Origin: Nitrospirota bacterium
GTDB taxonomy: Bacteria > Nitrospirota > Thermodesulfovibrionia > Thermodesulfovibrionales > JdFR-85
Direction: 5' to 3'
Assembly (NCBI GenBank): GCA_015484595.1
Contig: WFMM01000008.1
Location: forward strand, 288 to 64,287
DNA length: 64,000 nucleotides
Shown: positions 1 through 12,239 of the stretch, one piece after another
How positions within the stretch are numbered: the stretch's first letter is position 1
How the letters are laid out: each line of letters starts with the position of its first letter
Made by a program: the position numbers and the translations under genes
Notes under the pieces: generated by a model
What the model was told of the DNA's origin: nothing
The model's input: the letters and a program-made list of their open reading frames with translations, nothing else
Database searches by the model: none

Positions 1-542
1 AAAACAGGAGCATTCAGGCCGACGGCCTTTTTACCTGAGTCTGACGAGGAGGTAACAGCTTTTTTGCTTCCACCGCCTTTTTTGCTTATAGAAAAGACCT
101 GATGTTTTAGTTTTTTTAGCCTTTTTACACGGCTCAGTGCTCGAAGTTTTTCTATCTCCTCTTGTACATGAGATGTATCGATGGCCTCGTCCTTTCTATT
201 ATACGATTTTTTCTTTTCTGCTTTGTATGTTTTTTTAAGTTCTTTCTTCTTTGCTTTGTATGACTTTTTAAGACTCATCATCCTTTTTCTTCGCTGAGCC
301 TTTATCCGTTTTATCTTCTTAATATCAGCCACTCCGGTGCTTTTCTGGGTTTGGGTTTTTTTTGAGGTTTTACTCTTTGCAGGGTGCTTTATCTGTTTTG
401 AAGGTGAGACCAGTTTTACGGTGTAGGTCTTATATGGATTAAGGTAGTGGGATTTTTTTATTACGGTCAGGGAAAAGAAAAACAGAAGGGCATGGATGAG
501 CACTGAAGCAATTGCAGATTCCTTTAAGGATGGCTCTCTCAC
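1..542 (-). CDS. TolA/TonB-like protein, N-terminal part (the gene runs off the window start)
   Basis: Not in the ORF track because it is cut by the window edge. The minus-strand frame starts at GTG 542-540, in a GTGA overlap with the exbD/tolR stop. It reads VREPSLKESAIASVLIHALLFFFSLTVIKK, a single membrane anchor, followed by a very Lys-rich stretch (KKIKRIKAQRRKR..KKSYKAKKKELKK). This is the usual TolA/TonB layout. Confidence 0.5.
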   Translation of the reverse strand, partial: MREPSLKESAIASVLIHALLFFFSLTVIKKSHYLNPYKTYTVKLVSPSKQIKHPAKSKTSKKTQTQKSTGVADIKKIKRIKAQRRKRMMSLKKSYKAKKKELKKTYKAEKKKSYNRKDEAIDTSHVQEEIEKLRALSRVKRLKKLKHQVFSISKKGGGSKKAVTSSSDSGKKAVGLNAPV

Positions 543-940
543 CTCAGTCTCACTATGGGTTCTGTTATCAACCCAACCTTTTCAATTCCGGCATCCTTTA
601 TCTCTGCCATAACCTTTACTACCTCCCCGTAGGGAACCCTTCTGTCTGCCTTGAGAAATACATCGGGGTTTCGTCTTCTTATTGCCCTTAGTTTGGTTTT
701 TAATTGTCCAAGGGTGATCCTGGTTTTGTTAAGGTAAAGATGGTGATTTTTAGTGATTACCACCTCGATGCGTTTCTCAGCTGGGAGTGCCTTTCCCTTT
801 GCCTTTGGAAGGTCAACATCAAGCCCCTGCTTCATAAGCGGTGCTGTGACCATGAAGATGACCAGTAACACGAGCATAACATCAACAAAGGGGGTGACAT
901 TTATCTCGCTCATTACCCTTCTATGTCTATGGGTCTTCAA
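539..940 (-). CDS. ExbD/TolR family biopolymer transport protein
   Basis: 133 aa. SEINVTPFVDVMLVLLVIFMV is the TM helix, followed by an ExbD/TolR-type periplasmic domain. TTG start with AAGGAGG 7 nt upstream. Confidence 0.85.
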   Translation of the reverse strand: MKTHRHRRVMSEINVTPFVDVMLVLLVIFMVTAPLMKQGLDVDLPKAKGKALPAEKRIEVVITKNHHLYLNKTRITLGQLKTKLRAIRRRNPDVFLKADRRVPYGEVVKVMAEIKDAGIEKVGLITEPIVRLR

Positions 941-961
941 TTAAAAACCTCCTTAAAACTT

Positions 962-3534
<2,573 letters not shown>

Positions 3535-3544
3535 AACATTTACT

Positions 3545-3680
3545 CAGGGTGTAGGGAGTAGGGGGTAGAGAATAGTTAAGAGTTTAGAATGTTGAGTGTT
3601 GAGTTGAGTTTTTTACTAAACACTAAAAACTATACACTCAAAACTAAAAATTACACCCTACTCCCTACTCCCTACCCCTG
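3545..3680. repeat. Repeat family R1, copy 2 (inverted relative to copy 1)
   Basis: cagggtgtagggagtagggggtagagaatagttaagagtttagaatgttgagtgttgagttgagttttttactaaacactaaaaactatacactcaaaac...ccctactccctactccctacccctg is the reverse complement of the copy 1 core. Confidence 0.85.
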
Positions 3681-5563
3681 TCTTTAAATGCCGGGTGACG
3701 CTTTCTCACATCCTGCACCCTCAGGGTAATCCTGTTTGAGTCCAGATGCTCAAGCATTGGAAGTGCGTACTTCCTTGTGGTGCCAAGCAGGTCCCTGAAC
3801 TGTCCTACCGTCATTGTAGGGTTCTTCTTGAAGTAATCGTCCAGTAGTTCCAACATCCTCTGGTAATCCTCTCCTGTCAGATAAAAGGAATCGGTTATCC
3901 TCTTTAAGGTGCCTTCCTGAACCATGAGCTTAAGTATATCGTCTATCTCTTTTTCTTTAAGCCCCGTCAGTTCAGCAAGCTCTTTATTTGATGGAGGCTG
4001 AAAGCCTGCCTTTTTAAGCTCCCTGAGGATGTCTTCTTTAATCTTGTTGTACTTATCTGTTACCTCAACGCTGAAGTCCCTCAGTCTGAGGATGTCTCTT
4101 TCAACCACTATCTCATCTGTAATGGACAGTATGCCCTGAAACACGGTCTGCTTTAGATTAAAAAGGTTTCGGAGGACCTCCTTTTGCATGCCTGGTTTTA
4201 GGGGATTGTTTTTGTGAAATCTCCTGAGTGTATCTATTAAACGGTCTTTTATCTTCTGATAGACCTCATAGTGAATCAGTCTTCTGTCGTATTCTAAAAG
4301 CATTCTTTCCTTTTTCAACTCTTCGATGGTCTTCCTAAGCAGGGATAACTCTCCCTTTATCCAGCCTTCAAGGCGGTTTCTTTCAATACCCCTTAACCCC
4401 ATCTTCCTGACTTTTGTAAGGAGTTTTTCTTTAAGTGTGCCGGTGTCGTAAATCAGGAGGTCCTGGATACCCTCTTTCTTCTTTCTCCTTTTTGCAAGGC
4501 TGTCAAGTATCACGCCACCACCAATGGTTATCACCGGAGAGAACCTCCTTATGACAAACCTGTCCCCGGATACAGCAACCACTGGTCTGTCCAGCCTCAG
4601 CTGACAGTAGGCCTCCTCAGAGGGTTTCAGCTCCTCTTTATCGTAGAGTATCACCCTTGCAATGGCCTCTGATGTGGCAAGATGAAAATGCACATTGGTC
4701 TTTGTCTTTATTGACGGGGCATCCTGAAGGAGACGGAGTTTTACATCAATCGTCTGTGTCACTGTAAAGCCCTCGGGTGTTACCACCACATCACCTCTTT
4801 TAAGCTGCTCCTTTTCAACTCCCTGAAGGTTTATGGCAACCCTCTGTCCTGCAAGGGCAGTCTCAATTGACCTTCCGTGACTCTGAAGTCCCCTTACCCT
4901 GGACTGAAGCCCTGAAGGTAATATCTCCACCTGTTCATCTAAGGAGAGTTTGCCTGATATAGCGGTGCCAGTGACCACAGTGCCAAACCCTTTAAGGGTA
5001 AATACCCTGTCAATGGGGAGTCTGAAAAGGCCGTCAGAGGATTTCTGCTCGGTCTCAAGGGCAAGCTGGTGTATCTTTTCCTTAAGAAGCTCGATGTTCT
5101 CCCCTGTTTTTGACGAGACCGTCACAATTTCAGCACCCTCCAGGAAGGTGCCCTTTACGAACTCCCTTACATCCTCTCTTACCAGTTCAAGCCAGTCCTT
5201 TTCTACAAGATCACTTTTTGTAATGACGATTATGCCCTTTTTGATACCAAGCAGATTACAGATTGCGAGGTGTTCTCGGCTCTGGGGCATAACGCCTTCG
5301 TCAGCGGCTATTACAAGAAGTACCATATCGATGCCACCAGCACCGGCGAGCATGTTCTTAACGAGCCTTTCGTGTCCCGGGACATCGACTATTCCAACGG
5401 TGAGTCCATCAGGGTATTTCAGGTCTGCAAAGCCGAGGTCAATGGTGATGCCTCGCTGTTTTTCCTCTTTCAGGCGGTCAGGGTCGGTGCCGGTAAGTGC
5501 CTTTACGAGGGCACTTTTACCGTGGTCTATGTGGCCAGCCGTGCCAAGGATTATGTATTTCAT
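3665..5563 (-). CDS. selB: Selenocysteine-specific translation elongation factor
   Basis: 632 aa. GTPase motifs GHIDHGKS and DVPGHE, followed by the long winged-helix C-terminal extension typical of SelB. Confidence 0.93.
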   Translation of the reverse strand: MKYIILGTAGHIDHGKSALVKALTGTDPDRLKEEKQRGITIDLGFADLKYPDGLTVGIVDVPGHERLVKNMLAGAGGIDMVLLVIAADEGVMPQSREHLAICNLLGIKKGIIVITKSDLVEKDWLELVREDVREFVKGTFLEGAEIVTVSSKTGENIELLKEKIHQLALETEQKSSDGLFRLPIDRVFTLKGFGTVVTGTAISGKLSLDEQVEILPSGLQSRVRGLQSHGRSIETALAGQRVAINLQGVEKEQLKRGDVVVTPEGFTVTQTIDVKLRLLQDAPSIKTKTNVHFHLATSEAIARVILYDKEELKPSEEAYCQLRLDRPVVAVSGDRFVIRRFSPVITIGGGVILDSLAKRRKKKEGIQDLLIYDTGTLKEKLLTKVRKMGLRGIERNRLEGWIKGELSLLRKTIEELKKERMLLEYDRRLIHYEVYQKIKDRLIDTLRRFHKNNPLKPGMQKEVLRNLFNLKQTVFQGILSITDEIVVERDILRLRDFSVEVTDKYNKIKEDILRELKKAGFQPPSNKELAELTGLKEKEIDDILKLMVQEGTLKRITDSFYLTGEDYQRMLELLDDYFKKNPTMTVGQFRDLLGTTRKYALPMLEHLDSNRITLRVQDVRKRHPAFKDRGRE

Positions 5564-5647
5564 CAGTAAATTTTAACACAGCAGGCATGTTTTTTTTCAT
5601 TGCTCTAAACTTTCAAGAGGAGAGGTCTTATTAGTTTAATAGAATTT

Positions 5648-5857
5648 GGGGTTTCAAAGGGGCGTTGCCCCTTTGAGGGGCTTCGCCCCTCAAACTCCCC
5701 AATATGGTAAAATTATTAATCCTTATTGTGATTTCAAAGGGGCGTTGCCCCTTTGAGGGGCCTCGCCCCTCAAACTCCCCTGTAATTTGATTAATTTTAA
5801 TCCTTAATGTAGTTTCAATTGGGCAAAGCCCAATTGAAAGGCTCTGCCCCTCAAATA
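5648..5857. repeat. Repeat family R2, tandem array: two good units and one degenerate unit, period about 80 bp
   Basis: Unit: ggggtttcaaaggggcgttgcccctttgaggggcttcgcccctcaaactcccc, which forms two adjacent GC hairpins, followed by an AT-rich linker such as aatatggtaaaattattaatccttattgt. Units start near 5648, 5729 and 5809. Confidence 0.85.
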
Positions 5858-5858
5858 T

Positions 5859-6626
5859 TTACCTTATCCTAAGCTCATCTAATATGCTAAATAGAGATGT
5901 AACAGCCACTGAATCAGGGGGAAGCTCAAAGATAGGCTTACCTTCAAGGTCAAACTGAAACACCGTGGGGTCATTTGGCACTGTGCCTGCCACTTCAAGT
6001 CCCTGCTCTCTGGCATACCTAACAAGCGTATCCCTTTCCTCACCTGAGACCCTGTTTATTATGAGCACCCGTCTTTCTATGTCAAGCTTAAGCTCGTCAA
6101 TAAGGTCTGAAATCCTTCGGGCAGTCTTTATCCCCTTTACCGTAGGGTCACTTACCATTAAAAGAAGATTCACCTTGTGGGTTGTGCGACGACTGAGGTG
6201 CTCCATACCAGCCTCATTGTCAATAACCACATAGGGATACTTCTCAGAAAGGATGTCCGTGTATTTTCTGATTATGTTATTTGCCGCACAGTAACAACCA
6301 GGCCCCTCGGGCCTTCCCATCACAAGGAGGTCAAAACCCTTTGCCTCAACCAGGGCCTGGGCTATCTGATACTCAAAAAGCTCCTCCATACTCATCCCAC
6401 CAGGACGCTCAGCCCCGGAGCGGATGGTCTCAAGGGAAGACTCCCTCAGTGCACCAACAGTGGTATGAACCTCCACACCAAGGGCCTCGTTCAGACAGGC
6501 ATTGCTGTCAGCGTCAACTGCAAGCACAGGCCCCCTTCTTTTCTCAAGCAGATACCTCACGGTAAGTCCTGCTATACTGGTCTTGCCAGTTCCACCTTTT
6601 CCTGCAAGGGCTATTAAATAGGACAT
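5859..6626 (-). CDS. CooC/AcsF-family nickel-insertion ATPase (CO dehydrogenase maturation factor-like)
   Basis: 255 aa. P-loop AGKGGTGKTS and the CxC motif in GPGCYCAANN. Confidence 0.8.
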   Translation of the reverse strand: MSYLIALAGKGGTGKTSIAGLTVRYLLEKRRGPVLAVDADSNACLNEALGVEVHTTVGALRESSLETIRSGAERPGGMSMEELFEYQIAQALVEAKGFDLLVMGRPEGPGCYCAANNIIRKYTDILSEKYPYVVIDNEAGMEHLSRRTTHKVNLLLMVSDPTVKGIKTARRISDLIDELKLDIERRVLIINRVSGEERDTLVRYAREQGLEVAGTVPNDPTVFQFDLEGKPIFELPPDSVAVTSLFSILDELRIR

Positions 6627-6719
6627 ATTCCATCTCCTTTCAATACCTGAAATAGACTGATGTATTATTTTTATGGTAACATACGGAATACTTTAAAATA
6701 TAGTTCCTGGAGGCACTGG

Positions 6720-7100
6720 ATGATGATAGATGAACTCAGGTATGACCAGAATGGACTGATTCCTGCCATAGTGCAGGATGCCCAAACCGGCGAGGTGCTC
6801 ATGATGGCCTACATGAACAAAAGGGCCCTTCAGATGACCATTGAGACAGGATACACCCACTTCTGGTCCCGCTCAAGAAAGAAGTACTGGAAAAAGGGCG
6901 AGACCTCTGGGCATGTCCAGGAGGTAAAGGAGATCCTCGTTGACTGCGACAAAGACACCCTTCTTATAAAGGCCATTCAGCACGGCCCTGGTGCCTGCCA
7001 CACAGGACACAGAAGCTGCTTTTATAGAGACATAAAAGGCCAGGAGGTATCAGAGAAGGTATTCTCTGAAGAGGATGTCTATGGGAAAAACAGTTCTTGA
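6720..7100 (+). CDS. hisI: Phosphoribosyl-AMP cyclohydrolase
   Basis: The track ORF 6660-7100 is trimmed to ATG 6720, which has GGAGG 6 nt upstream. Contains [25 protein letters not shown] and [15 protein letters not shown]. Confidence 0.9.
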   Translation: MMIDELRYDQNGLIPAIVQDAQTGEVLMMAYMNKRALQMTIETGYTHFWSRSRKKYWKKGETSGHVQEVKEILVDCDKDTLLIKAIQHGPGACHTGHRSCFYRDIKGQEVSEKVFSEEDVYGKNSS

Positions 7101-7401
7101 GGAACTCTACGAGGTGGTGCTTGATCGTAAATCAAATCCAAGGGAAGGCTCCTACACCTGCCAGCTTTTCTCAAAGGGCAGACAGGAGATACTGAAGAAG
7201 GTTGGTGAAGAGGCAGTGGAGGTGGTGGTTGCAGCCTCAGCAGGGGACAAGAAACAGACCATCTACGAGCTTGCCGACCTTTTTTATCACATAACGGTTA
7301 TGCTTGCAGAGTATGATATAAGGTTAGAGGATGTCTACAGAGCGCTACAGGGCAGGTTTGGCATTTCAGGGCTAAGATTAAAAAACACCCAGGGAGGGTA
7401 A
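7075..7401 (+). CDS. hisE: Phosphoribosyl-ATP pyrophosphohydrolase
   Basis: 108 aa. [25 protein letters not shown] and [12 protein letters not shown] are typical HisE. A separate gene that overlaps hisI by 26 nt. Confidence 0.88.
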   Translation: MSMGKTVLEELYEVVLDRKSNPREGSYTCQLFSKGRQEILKKVGEEAVEVVVAASAGDKKQTIYELADLFYHITVMLAEYDIRLEDVYRALQGRFGISGLRLKNTQGG

Positions 7402-7405
7402 AGCA

Positions 7406-7747
7406 ATGGATTGTATCTTCTGTAAGATCCTGAAAAAAGAGATACCTTCAAAAACGGTCTATGAAGACGAGCTCTGCATGGCCTTTGAAGACATCAATCC
7501 TCAGACGCCTGTTCACATCCTGGTAATCCCCAAAAAACACATCTCAACCGCCCTTGACATGTCCGAGGCTGACCGCGAACTAATAGGCCATCTTGTGCTC
7601 GTGGCATCAAGGATAGCCAGAGAGAAAAACATAGCAGAAAGTGGTTACCGTATTGTGCTTAACACAAACCGTGATGCAGGTCAGACCGTATTTCACATCC
7701 ATCTTCACCTGCTTGGCGGGAGGGTGATGTCCTGGCCACCAGGATAA
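7406..7747 (+). CDS. HIT-family (histidine triad) nucleotide hydrolase
   Basis: 113 aa. CIFCKI N-terminus and the HIHLHLLGG triad. Confidence 0.9.
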   Translation: MDCIFCKILKKEIPSKTVYEDELCMAFEDINPQTPVHILVIPKKHISTALDMSEADRELIGHLVLVASRIAREKNIAESGYRIVLNTNRDAGQTVFHIHLHLLGGRVMSWPPG

Positions 7748-7753
7748 TCCTTT

Positions 7754-8311
7754 ATGAAGCCACGAATCATTGAAAGCACGACCCTGTGGGAGGGTGACTA
7801 CCTCAGAATAAAAAAACTCGATCTTCTTAACCACTCAGGACGCACCTTTCACTGGGAGGTTGTTCAGCGAGTGGGTGTAAGGGGTATCGTGGCAGTAGTG
7901 CCCTTTACTTACGACCACCATGTCCTGGTGATTAAACAGTACAGACCACCTGTTGACAGGTTCGTTATAGAGTTTCCCGCAGGGCTTAACGACCGTAATG
8001 AGCCACTGGAGGAGGTTGCACGAAGGGAGCTAAAGGAGGAGACAGGCTACAGGGCTGAGAGGCTTGAGTTTCTTGCAAGAGGCCCCCTTTCATCAGGTGC
8101 CTCATCAGAGATCCTGACCGTGTTTGTGGCCCTTGATGTAAAGGAAGACGGCACTCAGCAACTTGATGAGGTTGAAGACATAGAGGTGATAAGGCTCCCG
8201 ATTGATGGGTTTACAGAGAGGCTACTTGAGTTAGAATCTGAAGACACCTTTATAGACCTTAAGATCCCTGGACTTTTTGAACTTGCAAAAAAGAGGTGCC
8301 TGTGCAGATAA
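7754..8311 (+). CDS. NUDIX hydrolase (ADP-ribose pyrophosphatase-like)
   Basis: 185 aa. Nudix box GLNDRNEPLEEVARRELKEETGY. Confidence 0.85.
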   Translation: MKPRIIESTTLWEGDYLRIKKLDLLNHSGRTFHWEVVQRVGVRGIVAVVPFTYDHHVLVIKQYRPPVDRFVIEFPAGLNDRNEPLEEVARRELKEETGYRAERLEFLARGPLSSGASSEILTVFVALDVKEDGTQQLDEVEDIEVIRLPIDGFTERLLELESEDTFIDLKIPGLFELAKKRCLCR

Positions 8312-10071
8312 ACATAAAGAAAAAGTTTGACTACTTCATGCTTTTGCTAATAGGCATCTTCCTTGTAACCCTGATTATCTCTTTTGGCGTTACCCACAAT
8401 ATGCAGCAGAAAACCGAGGAACTGGTTGACCTTTCAAAGGAGCTTGACTTTCTTACCAACCTGAGAACCACACTCCTTAACCTTAATTACAGCCTGAGTG
8501 AGTTCATCAAGTCAGGTGACGAAAAATCCAGAGTAAACATAGAAGACGGCATAAAGAACCTGCACCGTATAGTGGCAAGCTCAAAGACGCTGAGGCTTGA
8601 CCCTGACGAAATGAAGCTCATCAATTATCTCGTAAAAAACATAAACAAGTTTGACGGTTATTTTAACAGGGTCCAGTTTTCCTCCCATAAGACGGATGTA
8701 ACCCTTGCACATGAGGCACTTCAGGTGGAGCTCTTTAGCAAGACCCTTCAGCAGATAGATGAGCACTGGTATAAGGACTTTGAAAAGATATACAGGGCAC
8801 AGGTGGACTCTGAAAGGGCACAGACCTTTGTGTTTCACTTTTACACGGGATTATTCCTCTTCCTTCTTGCCCTTTTTCTCCTAATTCGTAGGTTAATTAA
8901 AAAAAGGTTTATCCTGCCGATTATTGAGCTGAGTAAGACCAGCTTCAAGATGGCCACAGGAGACCTGTCACAGAGGATATCCATAAAATCAGGAGACGAG
9001 CTTGAAGAGCTTGGTAAAAACTTCAATCTTATGGCAGAGGCACTGAAGGATAAAATCAACGACCTTGAAGCGTACATCAACAAGGAAAAAAAGATGATAA
9101 GAGAGCTTTCCATCTTAACTGAGTTCATAGGATATGTGGTAAGTGAAAAGGATGTCTCGGTTTTATTTAAAAGATTTATCGAGCGGGCAAGGGACCTCCT
9201 GAAGGCAGACAATGCAGCAATAGATGTCTATTCCCCTGAAAGTGGGGGACTCTTTTATTCAACCTCCGAACAAATAGATCTTCAAACCGTGGAGTCGATC
9301 CTTAGAAAAAGGGGAACCACCTGTGAGGATATCCTGGAGTCACAGGAACTGATAAACATGGAGATATCAAACCCCACACTGCAGCGGCTCTATGGGATAA
9401 GATATGCCGTATTTATGCCTCTTACATCTTCAACTCCTTTAAAGGCTATCATAATACTTTTCAGAAAGGATAACCCCTTTACGGAAGAGGATGAAAATAG
9501 CCTCTTCAACTTTGCCTTTCAGGCCTTTCAAACCATATCGCTTCAAAACGAACTCGCAAAGCTTGCAAAGACCGATGGACTGACCGGGCTTTACAATCAC
9601 AGGGTCTTTCAGGAAAAAATCAATGAAGAGGTAATGCGCGCCACCCGTTACAAAAGAACCCTCTTTCTCCTGATGGCTGACATAGACCACTTTAAGAAGA
9701 TAAACGACACCTATGGACATCAGGTTGGTGACATGGTCTTAAAAACAGTGGCAGATATAATTAAAAAGAATGTCCGGCAGCTTGACTTTCCAGCCCGTTA
9801 CGGTGGAGAGGAGTTTGCCCTCATACTACCTGAAACGGACTGCGACAATGCTTACAAGGTAGGTGAAAGGATACGTAGGGCTGTCCAGGACCACGAGTTC
9901 AGGCTACCAGACGGAAGAACCTTCAGCGTAACCATCAGCATAGGGATTGCATGCTTTCCCATTGACTCCAAAGACCAGGAAGAACTTATTAAGAAGGCTG
10001 ATAGTGCACTTTATCGTGCTAAGGAAATGGGCAGAAACACAGTCTGCCTTTATAACTCCATGACACAATGA
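8296..10071 (+). CDS. Membrane-bound diguanylate cyclase (sensor region, HAMP, GAF-like domain, GGDEF)
   Basis: 591 aa. Two TM segments flank a sensor region. HAMP-like segment (ATGDLSQRISIKSGDELEELGKNFNLMAEAL). GGDEF domain with RYGGEEFALILPE. Confidence 0.88.
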   Translation: MPVQINIKKKFDYFMLLLIGIFLVTLIISFGVTHNMQQKTEELVDLSKELDFLTNLRTTLLNLNYSLSEFIKSGDEKSRVNIEDGIKNLHRIVASSKTLRLDPDEMKLINYLVKNINKFDGYFNRVQFSSHKTDVTLAHEALQVELFSKTLQQIDEHWYKDFEKIYRAQVDSERAQTFVFHFYTGLFLFLLALFLLIRRLIKKRFILPIIELSKTSFKMATGDLSQRISIKSGDELEELGKNFNLMAEALKDKINDLEAYINKEKKMIRELSILTEFIGYVVSEKDVSVLFKRFIERARDLLKADNAAIDVYSPESGGLFYSTSEQIDLQTVESILRKRGTTCEDILESQELINMEISNPTLQRLYGIRYAVFMPLTSSTPLKAIIILFRKDNPFTEEDENSLFNFAFQAFQTISLQNELAKLAKTDGLTGLYNHRVFQEKINEEVMRATRYKRTLFLLMADIDHFKKINDTYGHQVGDMVLKTVADIIKKNVRQLDFPARYGGEEFALILPETDCDNAYKVGERIRRAVQDHEFRLPDGRTFSVTISIGIACFPIDSKDQEELIKKADSALYRAKEMGRNTVCLYNSMTQ

Positions 10072-10829
10072 AGGGATTTGTTAAAAAAAGGATTCTTAAG
10101 GTTACCAAAGAGGCGCTTGAGCAGGAAGACACCATTGCTCTGGAAAAAAGGCTCCGTATCCTCGTAAATGGCAAGGAAGTGCTGAAGCTCTTTTGCAGCC
10201 CCCTTATGATAAGAGAGCTGGTCGTGGGGTTTTTCATGACCGAGGGGATTATAGAGGGAAGCTGGTGCGCTGAAAGGATGGAGATAAGCTACGGCGAGGA
10301 GGTGGTTGTGGATGTGCCTGCGGAGGGCTCGGTTAATCTCGAAGGAGCCACGATCACGAGCGGCTGCGTGGGTGGGATTACCTTTAACAGGCAGAAAAAT
10401 AACAGGGTTGCCCACCCAGGAGAGATAAGGGTTACTCCTGATGAGTTAAGGGCACTGTTTAACAGGTTTCAGAAGGCATCCTCCCTTTATAACCTAACAG
10501 GCTGCATTCACAGTGCAGCGGTCTCGGATGGTAAAAACCTTATCGTCCTTGCTGAGGACATCGGAAGACACAACGCAGTGGACAAGGCCATTGGGTACTG
10601 TTTTCTTGAAAACATCCCTCTTGATGACAAGATCATGCTGGTAAGCGGAAGGCTCTCCTCAGAGATGACCTCAAAGTGCATCAGGTGGTCAATACCAATC
10701 GTGGTAAGCAGAACCGCCCCAACTGCACTTTCCGTTGAGATGGCAGAAAAAAACGGGGTTACCCTGATTGGGTTTATGCGGGGTGTGAGATTCAACATAT
10801 ACACCCATCCTGAACGGGTAAAGATTTAA
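10068..10829 (+). CDS. fdhD: FdhD-family sulfurtransferase (formate dehydrogenase accessory protein)
   Basis: 253 aa. ITSGCVGG, EDIGRHNAVDKAIG and VSGRLSSEM motifs. ATGA start/stop overlap with the GGDEF gene. Confidence 0.82.
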   Translation: MKGFVKKRILKVTKEALEQEDTIALEKRLRILVNGKEVLKLFCSPLMIRELVVGFFMTEGIIEGSWCAERMEISYGEEVVVDVPAEGSVNLEGATITSGCVGGITFNRQKNNRVAHPGEIRVTPDELRALFNRFQKASSLYNLTGCIHSAAVSDGKNLIVLAEDIGRHNAVDKAIGYCFLENIPLDDKIMLVSGRLSSEMTSKCIRWSIPIVVSRTAPTALSVEMAEKNGVTLIGFMRGVRFNIYTHPERVKI

Positions 10830-10832
10830 GCT

Positions 10833-12239
10833 TCAGTTGCGGGGGTTTATCTCCTGCTCCTCTTCCTGGCTTATGCCGTACTTGGACAGTCGGTGTCTGA
10901 AGGAACGAAAAGTCAGGTTAAGCAGTTTTGCAGCCTCGGTTTTTACCCCTCCGGTCAACTCCAGTGCCTTGCGAAGATAAGACTTTTCAATCTCCTGAAG
11001 CACACTGTCAAGGTCAAGCCCGTACTGGGTGAGCACAGGGATACGCTCACCAGTGCCCTCGAATGACCTTATCTCAAAGGGCAGGTCCTCAGGCAGGATG
11101 AACTCCCTTTCAGAAAGAAGCACGATTCTTTCAATCACATTCTGAAGTTCCCTGACATTTCCCCTCCACTGATAATCAAGCATTAGCTTCATGGCATCAG
11201 GGGAAAACTTCTTATTCTTTGCCCCTGCCTTCTCAAGGAAGTAATCTATCAACAGCTCGATATCCTCTTTCCGCTCTCTTAGAGGTGGAATATGAATGGG
11301 AATTACATTTAGTCTGTAGTAGAGGTCTTCACGGAAGATGCCTTCCTCTATGGCTGACCGCAGATTGCGGTTTGTGGCTGCCACTATCCTTACATCCACG
11401 GTGATGTCCTTAAGACCCCCAAGCCTTCGAAAGGTGCCTGTCTCTATTACCCTTAAAAGCTTTGCCTGAAGCGTAATGGGCATCTCTCCTATCTCGTCAA
11501 GAAATAGCGTTCCCCTGTCTGCTATCTCAAGAAGGCCCTCCTTGTTCTGCACCGCCCCTGTAAAGGCACCCTTCATGTAGCCAAAAAGCTCACTTTCCAG
11601 GAGCCCCTCTGGAAAGGTTGCACAGTTTATAGCCACGAACTTCTCCCTGGCCCTTGGGCTTAGGTTGTGAATAGCCCTTGCAAAGAGCTCCTTTCCTGAG
11701 CCGCTCTCACCTGTGATAAGCACATTTGCTTCACTTTGGGCAATCTTTGGTAAGGAGCTAAGGAGATTCTGCATCTTTTCGCTTTTTCCAATGATATTTT
11801 CAAGCCTGTAGTTTTCCTTTATCTCTTCCTTGAGGAGCTCAAGCTCCTTTTTAAGCCTCCTTTTTTCAAGCGCCTTGTTTATTACTATCCTTATCTCGTC
11901 CACCTGAAAGGGCTTGTGGATAAAATCGTAGGCCCCTGCCTTCATTGCCTCTATCACTCTCTCATTGGTGCCATAAGCGGTAATCATGATGACCACCGTA
12001 TCAGGTGAGAGCTCCTTTGCAGTCTTTAACACCTGAAAACCATCCACCTCAGGCATACGGAGGTCGGTTATCACGAGGTCGTAGATGTCCTTTTTCAGAC
12101 ACTCAATCCCCTCAGCACCGTCAAAGGCAGAGGTCACCTCAAAGCCCTCTGACTCAAGCAGTATCCTCAGGACCTCGTTCATGCTCTGTTCGTCTTCGAC
12201 AATCAGTATCTTTTCCTTATTGCTCATAATCGGCTTCAT
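10833..12239 (-). CDS. pilR: Sigma-54-dependent response regulator (NtrC family, PilR-like by context)
   Basis: 468 aa. Receiver domain, AAA+ domain with GESGSGKE and GAFTGA, C-terminal Fis-type HTH. Lies immediately downstream of a PilS-like kinase in a pilB-T-C-S-R cluster. Confidence 0.75.
   Translation of the reverse strand: MKPIMSNKEKILIVEDEQSMNEVLRILLESEGFEVTSAFDGAEGIECLKKDIYDLVITDLRMPEVDGFQVLKTAKELSPDTVVIMITAYGTNERVIEAMKAGAYDFIHKPFQVDEIRIVINKALEKRRLKKELELLKEEIKENYRLENIIGKSEKMQNLLSSLPKIAQSEANVLITGESGSGKELFARAIHNLSPRAREKFVAINCATFPEGLLESELFGYMKGAFTGAVQNKEGLLEIADRGTLFLDEIGEMPITLQAKLLRVIETGTFRRLGGLKDITVDVRIVAATNRNLRSAIEEGIFREDLYYRLNVIPIHIPPLRERKEDIELLIDYFLEKAGAKNKKFSPDAMKLMLDYQWRGNVRELQNVIERIVLLSEREFILPEDLPFEIRSFEGTGERIPVLTQYGLDLDSVLQEIEKSYLRKALELTGGVKTEAAKLLNLTFRSFRHRLSKYGISQEEEQEINPRN

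Noticed and set aside
4950-5576. Long antisense ORFs opposite selB (208 aa and 99 aa). Similar antisense ORFs lie opposite cooC, pilB, pilC, the TauE gene (22027-22587, 22315-22725), nuoL and others.
   Set aside because: They fully overlap well-supported genes on the other strand and have Ser/Pro/Arg-rich or otherwise unnatural composition with no recognisable motifs. They are typical shadow ORFs.
5648-5857. Possible CRISPR array. Regularly spaced GC-rich palindromic repeats also occur at 18241-18440.
   Set aside because: There are only 2-3 units, and each unit is about 52 bp, longer than a typical CRISPR repeat. The spacers are themselves conserved between units and between the two loci. 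No cas genes are in the window. This is better described as an 80-bp tandem module.
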